From NCBI GenBank assembly GCA_010405405.1, contig MU004232.1:2772507-2836506 (forward strand): a DNA stretch of 64,000 nucleotides, read 5' to 3'. Under the pieces are notes generated by a model, which worked only from the letters and a program-made list of their open reading frames with translations, had not been told where the DNA came from and did no database searches. Origin of the DNA: Microthyrium microscopicum (lineage: Eukaryota). A program made the position numbers and the translations under genes. This document shows, in pieces, positions 38,472-51,976 of this stretch; position 1 is the first letter of the stretch, and each line of letters opens with the position of its first letter.

Positions 38472-39890
38472 ATGATTGAGGAGGCAAAGAATCTCAAGCC
38501 AGATATTGACAATCATCCCGAGGTCGCATACTCTGATCTCCCAGAAGTGTGCCATGACTTACCCGAAGTCGTTCCAAGCGATGATTCCGGCCTAGAAGTA
38601 GCTCATCCACGAGGTGATAACAATCGTCATATTATAACTTGGCATAAAAAGCACTGGAAATGGATATGACTAGTCGCGATCATCACTATCGCAGGAGTCA
38701 TGGGAGGAGCGATAGGAGGTACACGAAAAGGGCACTTAAGGCACGGCACGAAGTATATGACAAATTTTGGCAAAGCAAGCTAACTGCTGGCTAGTCACTC
38801 TTCTCCTGGTTTATCGGATGGAGTAGAAAACAACTCTGCAATCCAAAAGGGATACGTCTATCCCACTGCGGTTTCTTGGGGTCCAGGGCGGCTGGATGTT
38901 GTTGGCGTATATGACCAAGGATTGCTCTGGCATAAAGCTCTCGTCAACGAGACATGGCTAGGCTGGGACATCATTTCTAGAAACATACATCCGCAGTCCA
39001 ATGTTGCTGTAATATCCAGAAACCCCAACACACTCGACATGCTTGCAGTAGGAGCTGATAATGCGGCCTATTGGGACTGGGTGCGTGGAAATACTACAAC
39101 ATTCAGCGTGGAGAAGCAATTCGGCATACATAATAGTTCTATAGAATCCGTATCATTGACGGCAGATCGGATGGATTCATTCTCCTTGAACCAGGCTGGA
39201 AAACTGCAACAGAGACGTTGGTCAGAGACTAGCAACTGGGATGCTGACTGGCATGTTGTAGGCAACGACGATGGATCGGCTGAGTTTCTTTTCACACCAA
39301 CGGCGATTCAAGTTAGCGTTGAAAGTGGAGGCATTTTCTTGGTAGAGGCGATGAAGTTAGAGGTATATCAAAGCACCTGGTCCACGAATGGGTCCTTCTC
39401 AGTCATGTTTCGCAATATTGGTGGCTCATGCACATCCAGGCCTTCGATACTCTCGTGGGCTGGAGAGACCATAATATTCTGTCGAGGCAAAGATACAAAA
39501 CTGTGGTCAGTAATGAGCTCGGGAGCAGACTGGAAGCCATGGGAACAGGTAGCCAGTAGTCCAACCATGCGGGCAGAGCCACACGCCGTTGTCTTCACTG
39601 ATGATCAAGGGGCGGAACATTTGTTCGTGTTTGTCCAGACGGAGAACTCTTATGCATTGGGAAGATATGTATTGCACCAGTCGACGTCTAGTATAGGGAG
39701 CCCCGAATGGCGAGATATGGCTGGAACCTTCACGGGCCCACCAAGAGCCGTGGTAATGAATCTTCCTAGCCCAAGAGTATACGTGCTAGGTTATAATGGA
39801 TTTAGGAATTTGGTGGTCAGACACATTGATATAATAAATGGCACTTTCTATCCCTCGGTCTGGCAGGACCTTGGAAATGCTGTTACATAG
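38472..39890 (+). CDS. Membrane-anchored fucose-lectin/PLL-like beta-propeller protein interrupted by an in-frame TGA at 38667-38669 (pseudogene or readthrough)
   Basis: N-terminal LPEV repeats, TGA, then TM helix LVAIITIAGVMGGAIGG in the same frame. Intron 38753-38794 links in frame to PTAVSWGPGRLDVVGV and further Trp-rich propeller blades. Confidence 0.65.
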
Positions 39891-40065
39891 AGTTTCCGAA
39901 TATATAGGTACCTAGGCCTTCCAGTCATTCAAGTTCATCGAATACTAATTTCAGGTCTTGTTCCGGGCTGTTATGAACTCTCCTAATGATTATAGCTTGG
40001 TCAAATTAGATGATGGAGCAGCTTCCAACTCCAGAATATGCTGAGTTCTGAAAAATGTCACTTCT

Positions 40066-40548
40066 TTATTCTCTCAACTGATCAGAATATCCTGGAGGCG
40101 CGTCTGTAGAGCTTTGAGCGCTCTCTTCATGCGCCGCAATTATTCCTCCGAACTCAAACTCATATTCCAATCGCTGAAGGTATATCGACTTGAACTCGGG
40201 GAAGGCTCTTGTTATTTTCCGACAATGTTCCTGCCAGACCTCAGCTGGGCCTCGAAAGTCGACGTAAGCGACGATATAATTCGTGTGTTTGTTGTAACCG
40301 AAGACTCCCCTAGCTGGTTTGAAGCCATATCCGCCCTACCAACATAGTAAAAATCCAGAACCACAAAAGATCTTGTCAGGGCTACAAACCTTACATATAG
40401 GTCCCTCTGAGTCAATTTCCACTCGTACAGCATTGGCATCAGTGTTGAATGTTTGAGCGTGTAATTTCGAAAGGGTGGTATAGTAGAGATTTGCCCGGTC
40501 GTCTTCAAGTCTTGCTGAATTGAACACACACAGGCGATAGATCGGCAT
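40066..40548 (-). CDS. Small putative tautomerase-superfamily (cis-CaaD-like) protein; 2 exons
   Basis: Starts Met-Pro (MPIYRL...LSKLHAQTFNT..AVRVEI). A phase-0 intron 40336-40389 (GTTTGT...TAG, weak branch site) gives ...HTNYIVAYVDFRG...DQLRE*. Confidence 0.45.
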
Positions 40549-42493
40549 ATTTGTGATTTGAGGGCCGGAATCCCAAAGTTCTATGGGAATTTTAGGAATA
40601 ATGGCCTCTAAATTAGTAGAGTTCGCGCCTCTAAATAGTGCTCTGCTGATAAGAAGAGTTGCATTGAAGCCTGGCTTGGATTGAGGCTAAGCAGAACAAG
40701 TTACCGAGCGGGGGCTGTGCCAATGGACTTGAAGATCGGATGGCCGTACGTGCCGTCAAGTACATGAACCATTGGCTGTACTCTAGGATTGTCAATGGAT
40801 TACTCCCTGACGGGACGATCATGTTTGTTGAAGTGTTGTAGGTCATACCTTTTAGAAGAATCTTGAGACCGCAAGGCAGGTTTCACTGTAAAGCTATTTT
40901 ATAGCAGTAGCTCGCTTATTCCATAGAAAACATACACTAGTACTGAATGACTCAGAGAAGAATTCAACTTTTGCAGGCATGCTGGAGGGTAACTTACTAT
41001 AGGATAGAGTAGCAAAGACATGGTTGGGCCGATGCTGTGTCTTCCAAGGTTGTGAATGGAAGGCATTAGTCAAAAAAAAATTGGCCCAAGCAGTATCATC
41101 AAATGTTCCAACTTGTAATCCTTTTCGGACTGCTCTTACAACACCAGCCAACTTAGTGGAGCACCGTTAGTTACTTTCGTTTTCGCCCTGAAATTAAATG
41201 TTAACCATCGATCACTGACACGGAGAATTTATTGAACTTCTCTTGAAGATCACCCAAGATACGAGAGATAAGAAAGTTCTGTGTTCAAATACGTTATTGT
41301 GGATAACGTAAGAAAGTAGAGTACTGTTGACGCCCACGACCTTTGTACCGCCAATACCACGGTAGTGGGAGCAATGAGCATGAGGAGGGAGTAAAATCCA
41401 TGGATGGATCATAGACATTGGAATCGCGTCTAAAGACCATTTTGTCGCCCAATGAATATGCTAAGTAAAGCAGAAGTGGAAACAACTCGGATGGTTCCTG
41501 GCGCTTAGCTATGCCCAGATGTTTCATGCCGGTCCACTATCGGACCTGTGGAACGAACATTACACCTAGCCGTTCTGCTGTACGATAAACGCATTTAAAG
41601 TTTCCGAACGTTGTGAATGCTGAGGAACTTGTGCCAATTCATTCCTTCTCGGCTGGCCAATCCTTCTGCGCCATCCCTTACGGCTCATCGGCCACAAAGG
41701 GCAAGAGGTAATTTGTGATCCTGTCAAAAACCAGGTTCATCTCAAAATGAAAAGACGTTGTCCATGATGATCAGATTAAGCGATTGGCAGATCCAGAGTG
41801 CTAATGAGCACAGGACGGTCATATTATGGGAGATTCCTTGATAGCTAGTACTGCCCAGCCTTGCCAGCCTTACCCAGAGTGTTCTGAATGTCCAGTCAGA
41901 TTCGCGGCCAAAGATAAATTGATTCATTATGTAGTGCGGCGGGCGAGCTAAAATTACCCTTCAGCGCCCTTGTTTTTAGAAGTTTCATCCTGAGGCCTAT
42001 TGTTCTGTCTACTTCCATATTTCACTGGGTAGGCAAATGGCCAGCCTCGGTTTCTCTGGACTTGACGAGGATCGCCTCAATATCAGTGGAAATGCTTGCC
42101 TGGCAAGGGAGCAGCTTAGAGTCTTAAGATTGCCCAGCGGTATGTCTGGTTCAAATGTTAGTGTAATGAACGCAAGACGAAAGCAGGTAGCCGTTTGTTG
42201 CTTCGTGGGGCCCGTTTGTGAAGTCGTGCTCCCATCCCTTGAAGTCAATCTCCACAGTGTGGATTTTCTACTCTTAAGTCTTCAATATTTTCGTCTCTTC
42301 TTTTCGTCTCTTCTCTTCGTCCTTCTTTTCTTTCTGGTGTCCAGTTACCCCTCGTTCTAACACTCACTCTTTCTAGTCTCGATCCAGCTGAGCTGTCGAC
42401 CTATTTCTTTCCTTATAAAAACTCAACTTTCTATGAACCAGACGTGATACATTGACTTTCTTTACCATACTTCTTTGCCGAACAATTCTGATC

Positions 42494-44320
42494 ATGAGAT
42501 TCTTCCAACCTCGGGCCGCGATTTGGGCATTTTCTGTTGCACATACAGTTCTCGGCCATGCAGGAATTCACGGCATCTATATCAACGGTCAAGACCAAGG
42601 CAAGGACGTTTGCGTTCGTATGAACCAAGATGGAAACCATTGGAATGAGCCAGTCGAAAACCTGAGCAGCTCGGACATGGCCTGCGGTGTCACTGGAACT
42701 AAAGGAGTCAACCGAGTCTGTCCAGTTCCTGATGGCGCTACCATAACTTTCGAATGGGGAGAAAGTCCTGACAAGTTCAATGCTCGTGTTATCGACATTT
42801 CACACGTGGGACCATGCACTGTTTACATGAAGAAGGTTGATTCAGCCATCTCGGACACCGCCGCTGGCGATGGTTGGTTCAAAATATTCGACGAAGGCTA
42901 TGACGAAGCCACTCAAAAATGGTGCGTCAACAAACTCATCGACAATGGCGGCTATCTGAGTGCGCCAATCCCCAAAGGTCTTGTTGGTGGCAGCTATCTC
43001 GTCCGCGCCGAGTTGCTCGCTCTTCAAAACGCAATCCATGGCGATCCACAGTACTATATCGGCTGCGCTCAAATCTTCCTCAACTCATCTGGCAACAAAA
43101 TACCAGCAAAGACTGTTGCTATTCCAGGAATTGTTTCCAAGACCGATGTTTCGGATAGCTTCAATGTATACGACAGACCACTCAAGCTTCCTTATCCTGT
43201 TCCTGGTCCTGCTGTTGCGGAGCTGGTGAATAATGGTAAAGCCTCACAGGCCAAACAGACTGAGGGAGTAAAACCTGCTGGCTGCATTTGCGAAAGCGGA
43301 AGCGCCTTCTGTGGAGTTGAAGTTCCAGAGTATAGTAGTGGTGACGAAGCCGGATGTTGGGCCGTAAGTAGTTCCAAAAGTACCAATCGCGAAGAGTGCT
43401 AACTGTCCTCATAGTCTAGCCAGAATTGCTGGGATCAAAACCAAAAGTGTTATGACAACAATCCACCAACTGGCGTCCAGTCCTGCCAGGCGTGGATGGG
43501 CAAGTGTAATGCCATCAATGCGGACTGCAAAGCAAAACGCGCTGGGCCAGCAAACAGAGGCCAAGACATCACGCCTCCAAAGCGCGACATCACCATATCT
43601 GGTCCCCTTGGGCCTGTCAAGGTTCTGGATGGGTCGGCTGCCTCCATTGCAAATCCAAGCGAAGAGGTCTCAAGAGCCGAGTCCTCTACTCAATCTGCCG
43701 GAATTTCATCTCCCACAACATTGATTACATCAGTTCTTGCCACCTCTGTTCCAGCAATCGTACCACCAACTCAAATCGCCAGCGCTTCTATATCAAGTGC
43801 CACTTCCATCCCTGAAGCAGAGACCCCAGAAGCTCCCGTAGTCCCTGAGACCCCTGAGGTTCCTGAGACGCCCGCAACTCCCGCAACTCCTGCGATTCCG
43901 GATGTCACTGAAGTGCCAAACGATGCGTCAGCAGAGTCCGAGGATGGCCATGAAGGAAACAATGAGACTGAAGCCAGCGAAGATGATGGCGCAGGAGAAG
44001 CCGATGAGAACGACGATAATGATGATGGCAGCGATGACGATGAGAACGACGACGCTGAGGAGGAAGGCGATGAGGATGATGGCAGCCAAGAGACACCACC
44101 AACGCCCCAGAAGGGTCAGGAGGGCAATAGCGTGTGCGGAATTCATACCCACACTGTGGTTGTCTCTAGTACAATCTACGTGACGCCCACTGCAGTCCCG
44201 TCAGCAAACCAGAAGTCGCCACAGAGCAACACCAAGGATGCCAATAGCTGCACCAAAGAAACTGTTGTGGTAACTCGTACTAGTTATCGTACGAAGGCTG
44301 TTGCTACGTCTGCGGCATAG
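42494..44320 (+). CDS. AA9 LPMO with Cys-rich module and low-complexity acidic tail; 2 exons
   Basis: Signal peptide then His1 (HAGI). Motifs SHVGP, DGWFKI, YLVRAELLALQ, PQYYIGCAQI and YPVPGP. Intron 43364-43414. Confidence 0.92.
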
Positions 44321-44601
44321 GATAAGATATGGGCTATAAATGCTTCGAAATGCTTTTGGAAGCGGCCAAAGGGTTCAAATACTTCATTGGCATTTTGTTT
44401 CTTGGGAGTTACCAGCATAACGACTTGAACCTTTTCTCCTCGAATGCTCAAGTTGTTCAAGAGACTTTGCAGTCTGCTTGAGAAGAGGGTTTCGTATGGT
44501 TATACATAGACCATTATTTGAAGGAGGAAACTGTACTGTAATCTACCACATGGCTCTACCGATGAAGGAATTCTCTACACTGTATAATAGGTGCGATCCA
44601 A

Positions 44602-45777
44602 TCAAAGATTCTTTGCCGATTGCAAAGCAGATATCGTCTTGTTGTATGTCTCACATGCGTCTTGAACCGACTTGTCGAGTGATACCTCTGGATTATAGCC
44701 CAATAACTCTTTTGCGGCGCTGTTGTCGAAATATCGTTGGGCGGTACCATTGCCAACGCCGTCAACGGGCAGAACATCATCCTTGCCTAGGATCTTGAAC
44801 GGGAAATTGATAATTCTTAGGATCAGGACTACCAGCCAAATCGGAATCACTCTATATGGATACGCTATTCCATCAGGGATTTTCTTGCCAGCTTTACGAT
44901 CCAGTTCGGAGCAGACCATTTCAAACAGCTGGCGGAACGGTTTTGGGTCTGAATCGGTGGTGAAGAATGCCTTGCCATTCGCGGTGGCAGTCCCTAGAAG
45001 ATTTTCGACAGCGAGAACGTGTGCGAGAGCAAAATTATCAACTCCAGTAAAGTCGAAAAGGTTTTTTCCTGGTCCGATGATGATTCCGCGCGGAACGTTT
45101 GCTAGCAGTGGTACAAGATTGTTGTCTCCTCTACCGATGACTGCGTGAGCGCGGAGAGCGCATGTTTTCATTGACGAGGTGGTGGCAGCGTCTAAGACTA
45201 GACGTTCTGCGTGGGCCTATTTGATGCAATATTAGGTCGGAGCTTTGGCAGCATGAAGCTAAAATACCTTGGTTTCGGAATATTTATCGTCGAATTTCGC
45301 ATCAGCCGGTGGATCATCCTTCTCGGAGACGTTGATCAGGTCTGCCCAACTATCAGTCTTGGCCACATCGCAAGAGCTGGTGTACACTAAAGCCTCCGCT
45401 TCAACTTGCAGTGCTGCCTTGAGTACATTCTTGGTACCGCCTACGTTGACATTGAAAAGTCCAGCATCGCCGAGTCCAATCTTGGTAGCTACGCTCGGGA
45501 GTAAGCCTGCAGTATGGATAACAATCGGAGGTCTGATACACTGAAAAGCTTCTAGGACGGAGTCCAAGTCTGTCACGTCGACTTTGTGGTACTTTGCTAC
45601 TGTGTCCGAGAACCGATCGTCTACTCTATCTGGTATTGACAGGTCCAAGATATGGATGGTAGCATGCGGTAGTCTTTCTGCAAGACATGTTGTGATTGCT
45701 ATACCGACACATCCTAGTCCGCCGGTGATAACGACTGAAAATGGCTCTGAAGATGAGATTTTAGACTGCGACTGCAT
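44602..45777 (-). CDS. 3-beta-hydroxysteroid dehydrogenase / ERG26-like extended SDR; 2 exons
   Basis: ITGGLGCVG Rossmann motif, HTAG, VNVGGT, VYTSS, catalytic YSETK, NFALAHVLA. Intron 45217-45267. Confidence 0.85.
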
Positions 45778-46823
45778 GTTTCAATAGACCAGAACCGTTG
45801 AAATGATCATACAATGTTTCTTAGGACTTAAGGAGAAGTCCAAGGTCGGAGCTGATGGCAGGTGGCAGGTTATGTGCATGGATCTTTGTCGCGCAAGGAT
45901 GATCTCAACGCGCCTTCAATTCCAGCTTCCCAGCGCCCACGAGGACTGAGTCTAGTATCTGCGATCCAAGGTTACTACCACAGGTGTAAGTTCAATGTTT
46001 AGATCAGACTCTACAGTCGACGATTGAGATTGGAACCCTTCAAGAAACATCACAGAGCGAGGTAGTTGTAATTCTTTGCGGCGCAGCTTCAACACTAAAG
46101 TCCTATTTTTAGATCGACCATGTATGATCAAGATTGTGACATCCATCAATGGTTAATGGTTCCCTCAATTCAGCCACCCAGCTGCCAGCCAATCCAGCTT
46201 CCACGCGGACTTTGGGATCGTGCCTGTCTCTACCTGTTACTCCAAGTCTCCAAGGCAGATTTAATCGATTCATTCAATGATATCATCTTGACCTGGAAGA
46301 AAAGTACCGACTGTTGACTGGGCTATTCAAGATCCAACTTTCTCTCCAACGTCTATCAAAGCTCAGGATCCAACGCGACCAAATCAACATTTGAATCTTG
46401 ATACACTTAAATTGGAGTTTGACACTTCAAGAGGCGTTGTTTTGCGTTTCGGATCAGCACGAGGCGTCTGATTTCAAGTTTTCAACGGCGTTGCTTGTTT
46501 CTTTTGCTTGGACCAATGAAATCAGCCAGCACAGCCGCCTTTTGACTCAATAATAACTCGAAGTGAGCCTTCTGTATTCCTGCCAGTTAATAGATTTTCT
46601 TGACTTAAACAATCGCTTTGCCCCTCACAGTCACCCTGCAACCTCGCCGCAACAGTTCCCTGTCATCAACTTTTGCTTCAAACCGCCCTAAAGCATCAGA
46701 ATTCCTATCTTGTTCATGGAGATACGGCAACACGCAACGCGCCAGAGAGAAAGCCTTCAGCTACAACACAAACAGCTGAATGGATAGACCAACGGAAAAA
46801 ACAGACTTAGCGACCTGCTAACA

Positions 46824-49624
46824 ATGGCCTTGCGAGATGACGTTGAGGAACTCGGGACCATATCTCTCAAGTTATTCCGAAAATGTACTACTGAAACTGC
46901 ATTCTTGAAGCCTTTTGTTAACGCTGCGCAGGTCGGTCTTCCGCAGATTTCGAGGTTCAGAACTTGGGACCATCTGTAAGAACGATAGCCAATTCTCTGG
47001 ACGATTTTGAAGAACACCTTACATCAAATCCTCTTTCCGAAAACAGTACGGCAAGGTTGCAAAGTTTACTGAGCTTGACACGCGCCTATCTTAATCAGCT
47101 CAAGGCCTTGATACAAGAAAATACCTCGGTCGCCGCCGCAAGCCATATTCATCTTCCCGACTCGTCGCAAGGTGAAGCCGACATTCAAAGCAAGATAGAA
47201 CGATTAGCGAACGATCTACCACATTTTCATGATGAATTGATGAAAACGGAAGGCCGGGTGTCTAGGGCCCTCGATTTTATGGTGAAGAGCGGAGACAAGC
47301 TTGATGTTGAACGGCTACAGGAGTCAACCCAAGGTGGTTTCCCAGGAGCTTGGGATCATGTTGCGAACAGACTTGAGGAAAAAGGCATCACAAAAGAAAC
47401 CGTTCAAGCTTCAAGAACGTTTGTAATTGAGTGGGTGAGATGGGCAGAAAACGAAGGTCGATTACTAGTACCTTATGAGCATCCCGGATCTGTCCATCAG
47501 TTGCAGGCTGAAGAAGCGCCGCCGAGCTATGATACCATTCCAGTCCGAGGTGACGAAACGCAAATACAAAGTCCTGGCCCTGGAGATTTCGAAGGTCCTG
47601 GAAACATACCATTGCCTCTTCCTCCGGCGCAAGTGATACTGCCTCCGAGTCCAAGCAGTGTTCTGCCAACAGTTCCAAGACGACCTATAAGGCATCAATC
47701 CGGAGATTTATCCATACCGTCTCTTGCTTTCCATGATGACCAACGTACGGACACCACAATAGAAAGAAGATTGAGTAGCCATAACCAAGACTATCACGAA
47801 GATGATTTATATAGTGTAACTCCAAGTCCAAGAAGATCCCCTAGTATATTGGCCGCCTCTTTGAGTAATCAAACCTCACCAACCCTATCAAACACGTTGG
47901 TTGGACCATCATCCAACAGCTCGCCTTATATTGCAAAGTCTCAACCACTTTCTCCAGGAGGAATTGAACGTTCAATTTTCAAAGATGAAGAGATTGGCAA
48001 AGAAGTTGTTTCTGACTCACAATTTCATTCTGAAGATTTTGGAAAAGAAATTGCTCACACGCCTCCACCAATACCACCCAAGACTCCCGAACCCAGAAAT
48101 ATACCTATCCCAGCTTCTCCAGCATGGCCTGGAAATCATCTCCACTTGTCACCCGTCCAAAGCACTCCATCACTTGAACCAATCAGTACGGCTGCAACAT
48201 TCGATTTGACAGATAGCGGCCCACCATCACCAATTCTTGAAGACGAGGAACCATACATAGATCTCGATGCAAATGCCGAAACAATCCTTCGTCACTTTTC
48301 GGAGAACAACTGGCAAGAAGCCAAAGCTGCTATCGAGGTACAAATATCATCAGCAGAAGCAGGCGCCTTTGTCATACAAGACAACGTTCCTGTCCAGCCT
48401 AACATTAGATATCTCCGGTTTCTGATCGGTGTTTGTGCTTCCTTTGGTGGTGATTTTTTTGGAGCCAAAGAAGCATTTAATGCAGTTCTTGCAAATGTTC
48501 ACCAAACAAATCATTTAGTGGACAGTGTTGAAATGGCTGCAGCTCGCTGGCTAGGTGATACCTGCGTTGTCCTCAACCAAGGTTTTGATGCTGTATTTGC
48601 TTGGGCCGTGGCTGTTCAAGGCTACGCGACTATGTATGGTTATTACGATAGCCGTGCTGTTCTGATTGCTACAGAACTGCGCAGTCTGAATTTCCTTACC
48701 AACGCCCTGGCAACCATCAAATTACATGCCATGGGTAACCCCGTACCACGAGATGTTACCAAAGTAATGATGGCTGCCCCTCTGAATTGGAAGTACAATA
48801 AGGTGGTCAGTACTTTGGAATATGTTTCTAGGACATCCACTGGAGACTTGAGAACGATCCAAGGAAAATACATCAACGAACTATACTCTCTTAGCCATGG
48901 AGATCTAACTCGTCCGTTAACCGGCATGACAGTTCTACCATTTGAGCACGACGCATTATTTCGTGTTCATCCTAGTATAGAGCTCATGATGGCTATCAGC
49001 AAGCCTAGAGTTACCATGAAGCCAAAGCTGATTCCCACTGCCACTTTCAGTTCCGCAAAGACTCTTTCATTCCGGACACAACGCGATGGCCAGTGGCTCA
49101 TTGACGCCGTCAGAGAATGTCTCAACGCCTATGCAATAGAGTTCAAAATCTCCGAATCCTCTTTTCTGATCCGGCTAAGTCAAACACAAAGTCGGATTGC
49201 CTATTACAGCTGTTACGCACTCAAAGTACGAAAAGTACCTCTTCGTTCTGCGTATGGCATCAAATTGACAGATGTGACATATTCAACGCGCAATTTTCCA
49301 GCGTATCCGGGTGCGCTTGCGGCACTGTTGGGCGCCAACGAAGTTCCCGTGGATCCAGCCACTGTGCGAGACAATTTGATCAAAGAGATGTGCTCATATC
49401 TGGAAGAGTTGGACAAATCTGGCCGGAAACCAATGCAGGTCGAACCTGGTAATAACATCATGGAGTTGCAGTCTACCCAGCGCTTTGAACTGGGTGATAC
49501 AGGCACGATGCTTCCTGAGCTAATGGGGTCCGATCAAATCCCAACGGAGCTGGATTCGAGGAGTGTTTGGAAACGAAAAAGAAAGCCCGTCGCAGAGACA
49601 CCCATCTTTGAGCTTCCGGGATGA
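46824..49624 (+). CDS. Hypothetical protein (N-terminal helical domain, Pro/Ser-rich linker, TPR-like helical region)
   Basis: 886-aa ORF extended to ATG 46824 through a putative intron 46885-46931 (GTACTA...GTTAAC...CAG) that keeps the frame. Confidence 0.7.
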
Positions 49625-49847
49625 ATCAAGCTGTACTATATTTTCAAGGCATTATCACGGCCTATGAGGCTATGAGATACGATTGGAAGCATGTCTTCTC
49701 TACTATAATGAACCCATGACATTCGAGAGTCCGACTATTTATTTCTAGTTCAGACACATGAGCTGCTGGTATGTGAGCTCAACAATCGTGCCACTTGTTT
49801 CGTGCCCAACACGACCAGACGATTCAAGAATCAACTTGGTGCATCTG

Positions 49848-50067
49848 ATCCCTTCGTATACCGCGCTACGGGAAGACCATATTCACCCGCAGCTTCCCGC
49901 AGCTACTCTAACTGATTTAAGTAAGTAAAGAAAGCCACTGCCCCAATTTCTATACAAAACTGCCCCTTTGGTCCACAAAAGCTATGGTTTTTTGGCTTAC
50001 AACTGAGTTACCAATTGGTCAGTTTTATACGCTAAATTAGATATGGTCAGTTGGTATACGAAGGGAT
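49848..50067. mobile_element. MITE-like element
   Basis: Perfect 15-bp inverted repeat ATCCCTTCGTATACC (49848-49862) / GGTATACGAAGGGAT (50053-50067) around about 190 bp of non-coding DNA, with subterminal GACCATAT in both arms. Confidence 0.55.
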
Positions 50068-50424
50068 GACGATACATGGAGTTGGGAGCACGCTAATTCG
50101 GGAGGCACGGCTCTGCCCGACGCACTGATCCATACTAGCGGCGAGCGCTCTACGGTAGCCCCTGAATAGTACATACTACAGTATCTCTTCTCAGGCTCCT
50201 TTACGACAATATAAACCGATATTGTGTGAATCCTACCAGAAATTGGACTTCATCAAATGCCACGAAAAGTAAGCATTCTACTACTATATAAAGATGGTAG
50301 CAGCTTCAAATGAGACTTTTGGAGCCTGCCGCTCCTGCTGGTTATCAGCTCAAGATGCGTCGCTCGAGTCATTACAAAAGGATCGAAGATAACCGGAAGC
50401 CTGAGCAAACACTTGACGATTGAT

Positions 50425-51852
50425 ATGAAGCCAAAGCTCACCGATATTCAACGGTATCGTGTGACAAGCATCAACACAGCTTCGACGAACGGCACATTTG
50501 ATTTTGAACGCTGCGCAGCACTTCACAATCATGTTATCGAACGTGGCTGGCTTGGAACAGGACGTGACCTGGAAACCCTTGAACGTCGATCATGGTGGGA
50601 CTTCTATGGCCAAGAAGCTGAACGTATCCGATACGTGCTGGCGCAGCCTGTCGTCGAGTTTTTACAACGAGTCATTTTATGTCCTGAAGAGGACGACTGG
50701 TCGTGGCATTACTTTCTCGCCTGTGTAACTGATCCAGAAACAATACTCGACGCAATAAACGACGAGTTACAAGAAGTGGAGGGGAGGCGGTTCCTTTGGC
50801 TATACTTGTATGGTATGCCGCTTGGACATACTAACGGTTTGATGTAAGCATTTCTTCTCAATTATGTGCTGGTAAATCTTTTACTTACCGCAACTGTTGC
50901 TAGTTTCGACCAGGTCAAAAATCTTGCAATCATCCAGCCTACAATTGAAGATGAAGGTACAACTTCGAATGGTCGACAAAAATGGTTGCCTTTGGAAGTC
51001 ATACTTGATGCTTATATCGACATGATAGATAAAGGCAAGATCGTAATTGCTAGCGGCCTTGTCGAGGGTGAATATCGAGTAGAGTCACCTTGGACTCTTC
51101 TACCGTATAGCAATCATGATTTACAAAGTTCTTTAGGGGCATTCCAGGACCTAGTGGATGCTATCTCAGCAAGGCTTCCTCATCCAACCGTCGACAGCAC
51201 TGAACCATTGGCAAATGCGTCTACAATGGCTGCAGTGAAGCTTCAAGTTTTCGCGAAGGAGTTTTTCTTGAAGGCAAAGCGACCATCTTTCAAGTTCATA
51301 GCGCCGGGAATCGCCATTCAGTCGGAAGATGAGCTACGAAACCAGCCCTATATGAATGTACCACTCGAGGATGAAGAAGAATGGCACCCCGTTCTTCTCT
51401 TTCGTGCTCACGAAACAGTAAGAAATTTCGGGCCAATTTTCGGACGTGGCTACGAAGATGTGGAGGAATATCCATCCGGCCTATATCTCAGCCCTTACGA
51501 CGAAAGACACCACATGATTTTTGCAGATGGCGTGAAACTTGTACTTCCTTTCAAGCTGGGCCAAAAAGGATTCGCTAGGTCCAGCGACGGTGAGCTTATC
51601 GGAGGGCCGCGTGAATGTCAAAACGAGCCCGAGCCAGAGAGTCACCATGACATGTTGTACACGCAAGGATACAATCCTTTCATTGAATACCATGACATTC
51701 AACTATATCGCGTACTCAAGAATTGGACGCAAATGGTAGTCGACGGGCATTGGCAGGTGAATGCAGAGGGTGTTGGAGGAGGAATCGAAAAGTTTCGAGA
51801 TGCTGATTCCGAAGAACACGGCGACAGATTCGTTATCACTCAGTCATGGTAA
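50425..51852 (+). CDS. Conserved fungal hypothetical protein; 2 exons
   Basis: Intron 50844-50903 joins the two ORFs in frame. Motifs FERCAALHN..W, WLPLEVILDAY, FKFIAPG and W.V...GV.GG..KF..AD. Confidence 0.75.
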
Positions 51853-51926
51853 CAAAAAAGATGGACTGCTGGAGAGGAACACAAGCATTCCACTTTATTT
51901 GTTAGGCTCAGCAGTCAGAATGTTAC

Positions 51927-51976
51927 TGGTATCAAGGTGAAGTCGATGCTTTGGTATCAAGGTGAAGTCGATGCTT
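51927..51976. repeat. Perfect 25-bp tandem duplication
   Basis: TGGTATCAAGGTGAAGTCGATGCTT x2. Confidence 0.9.
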
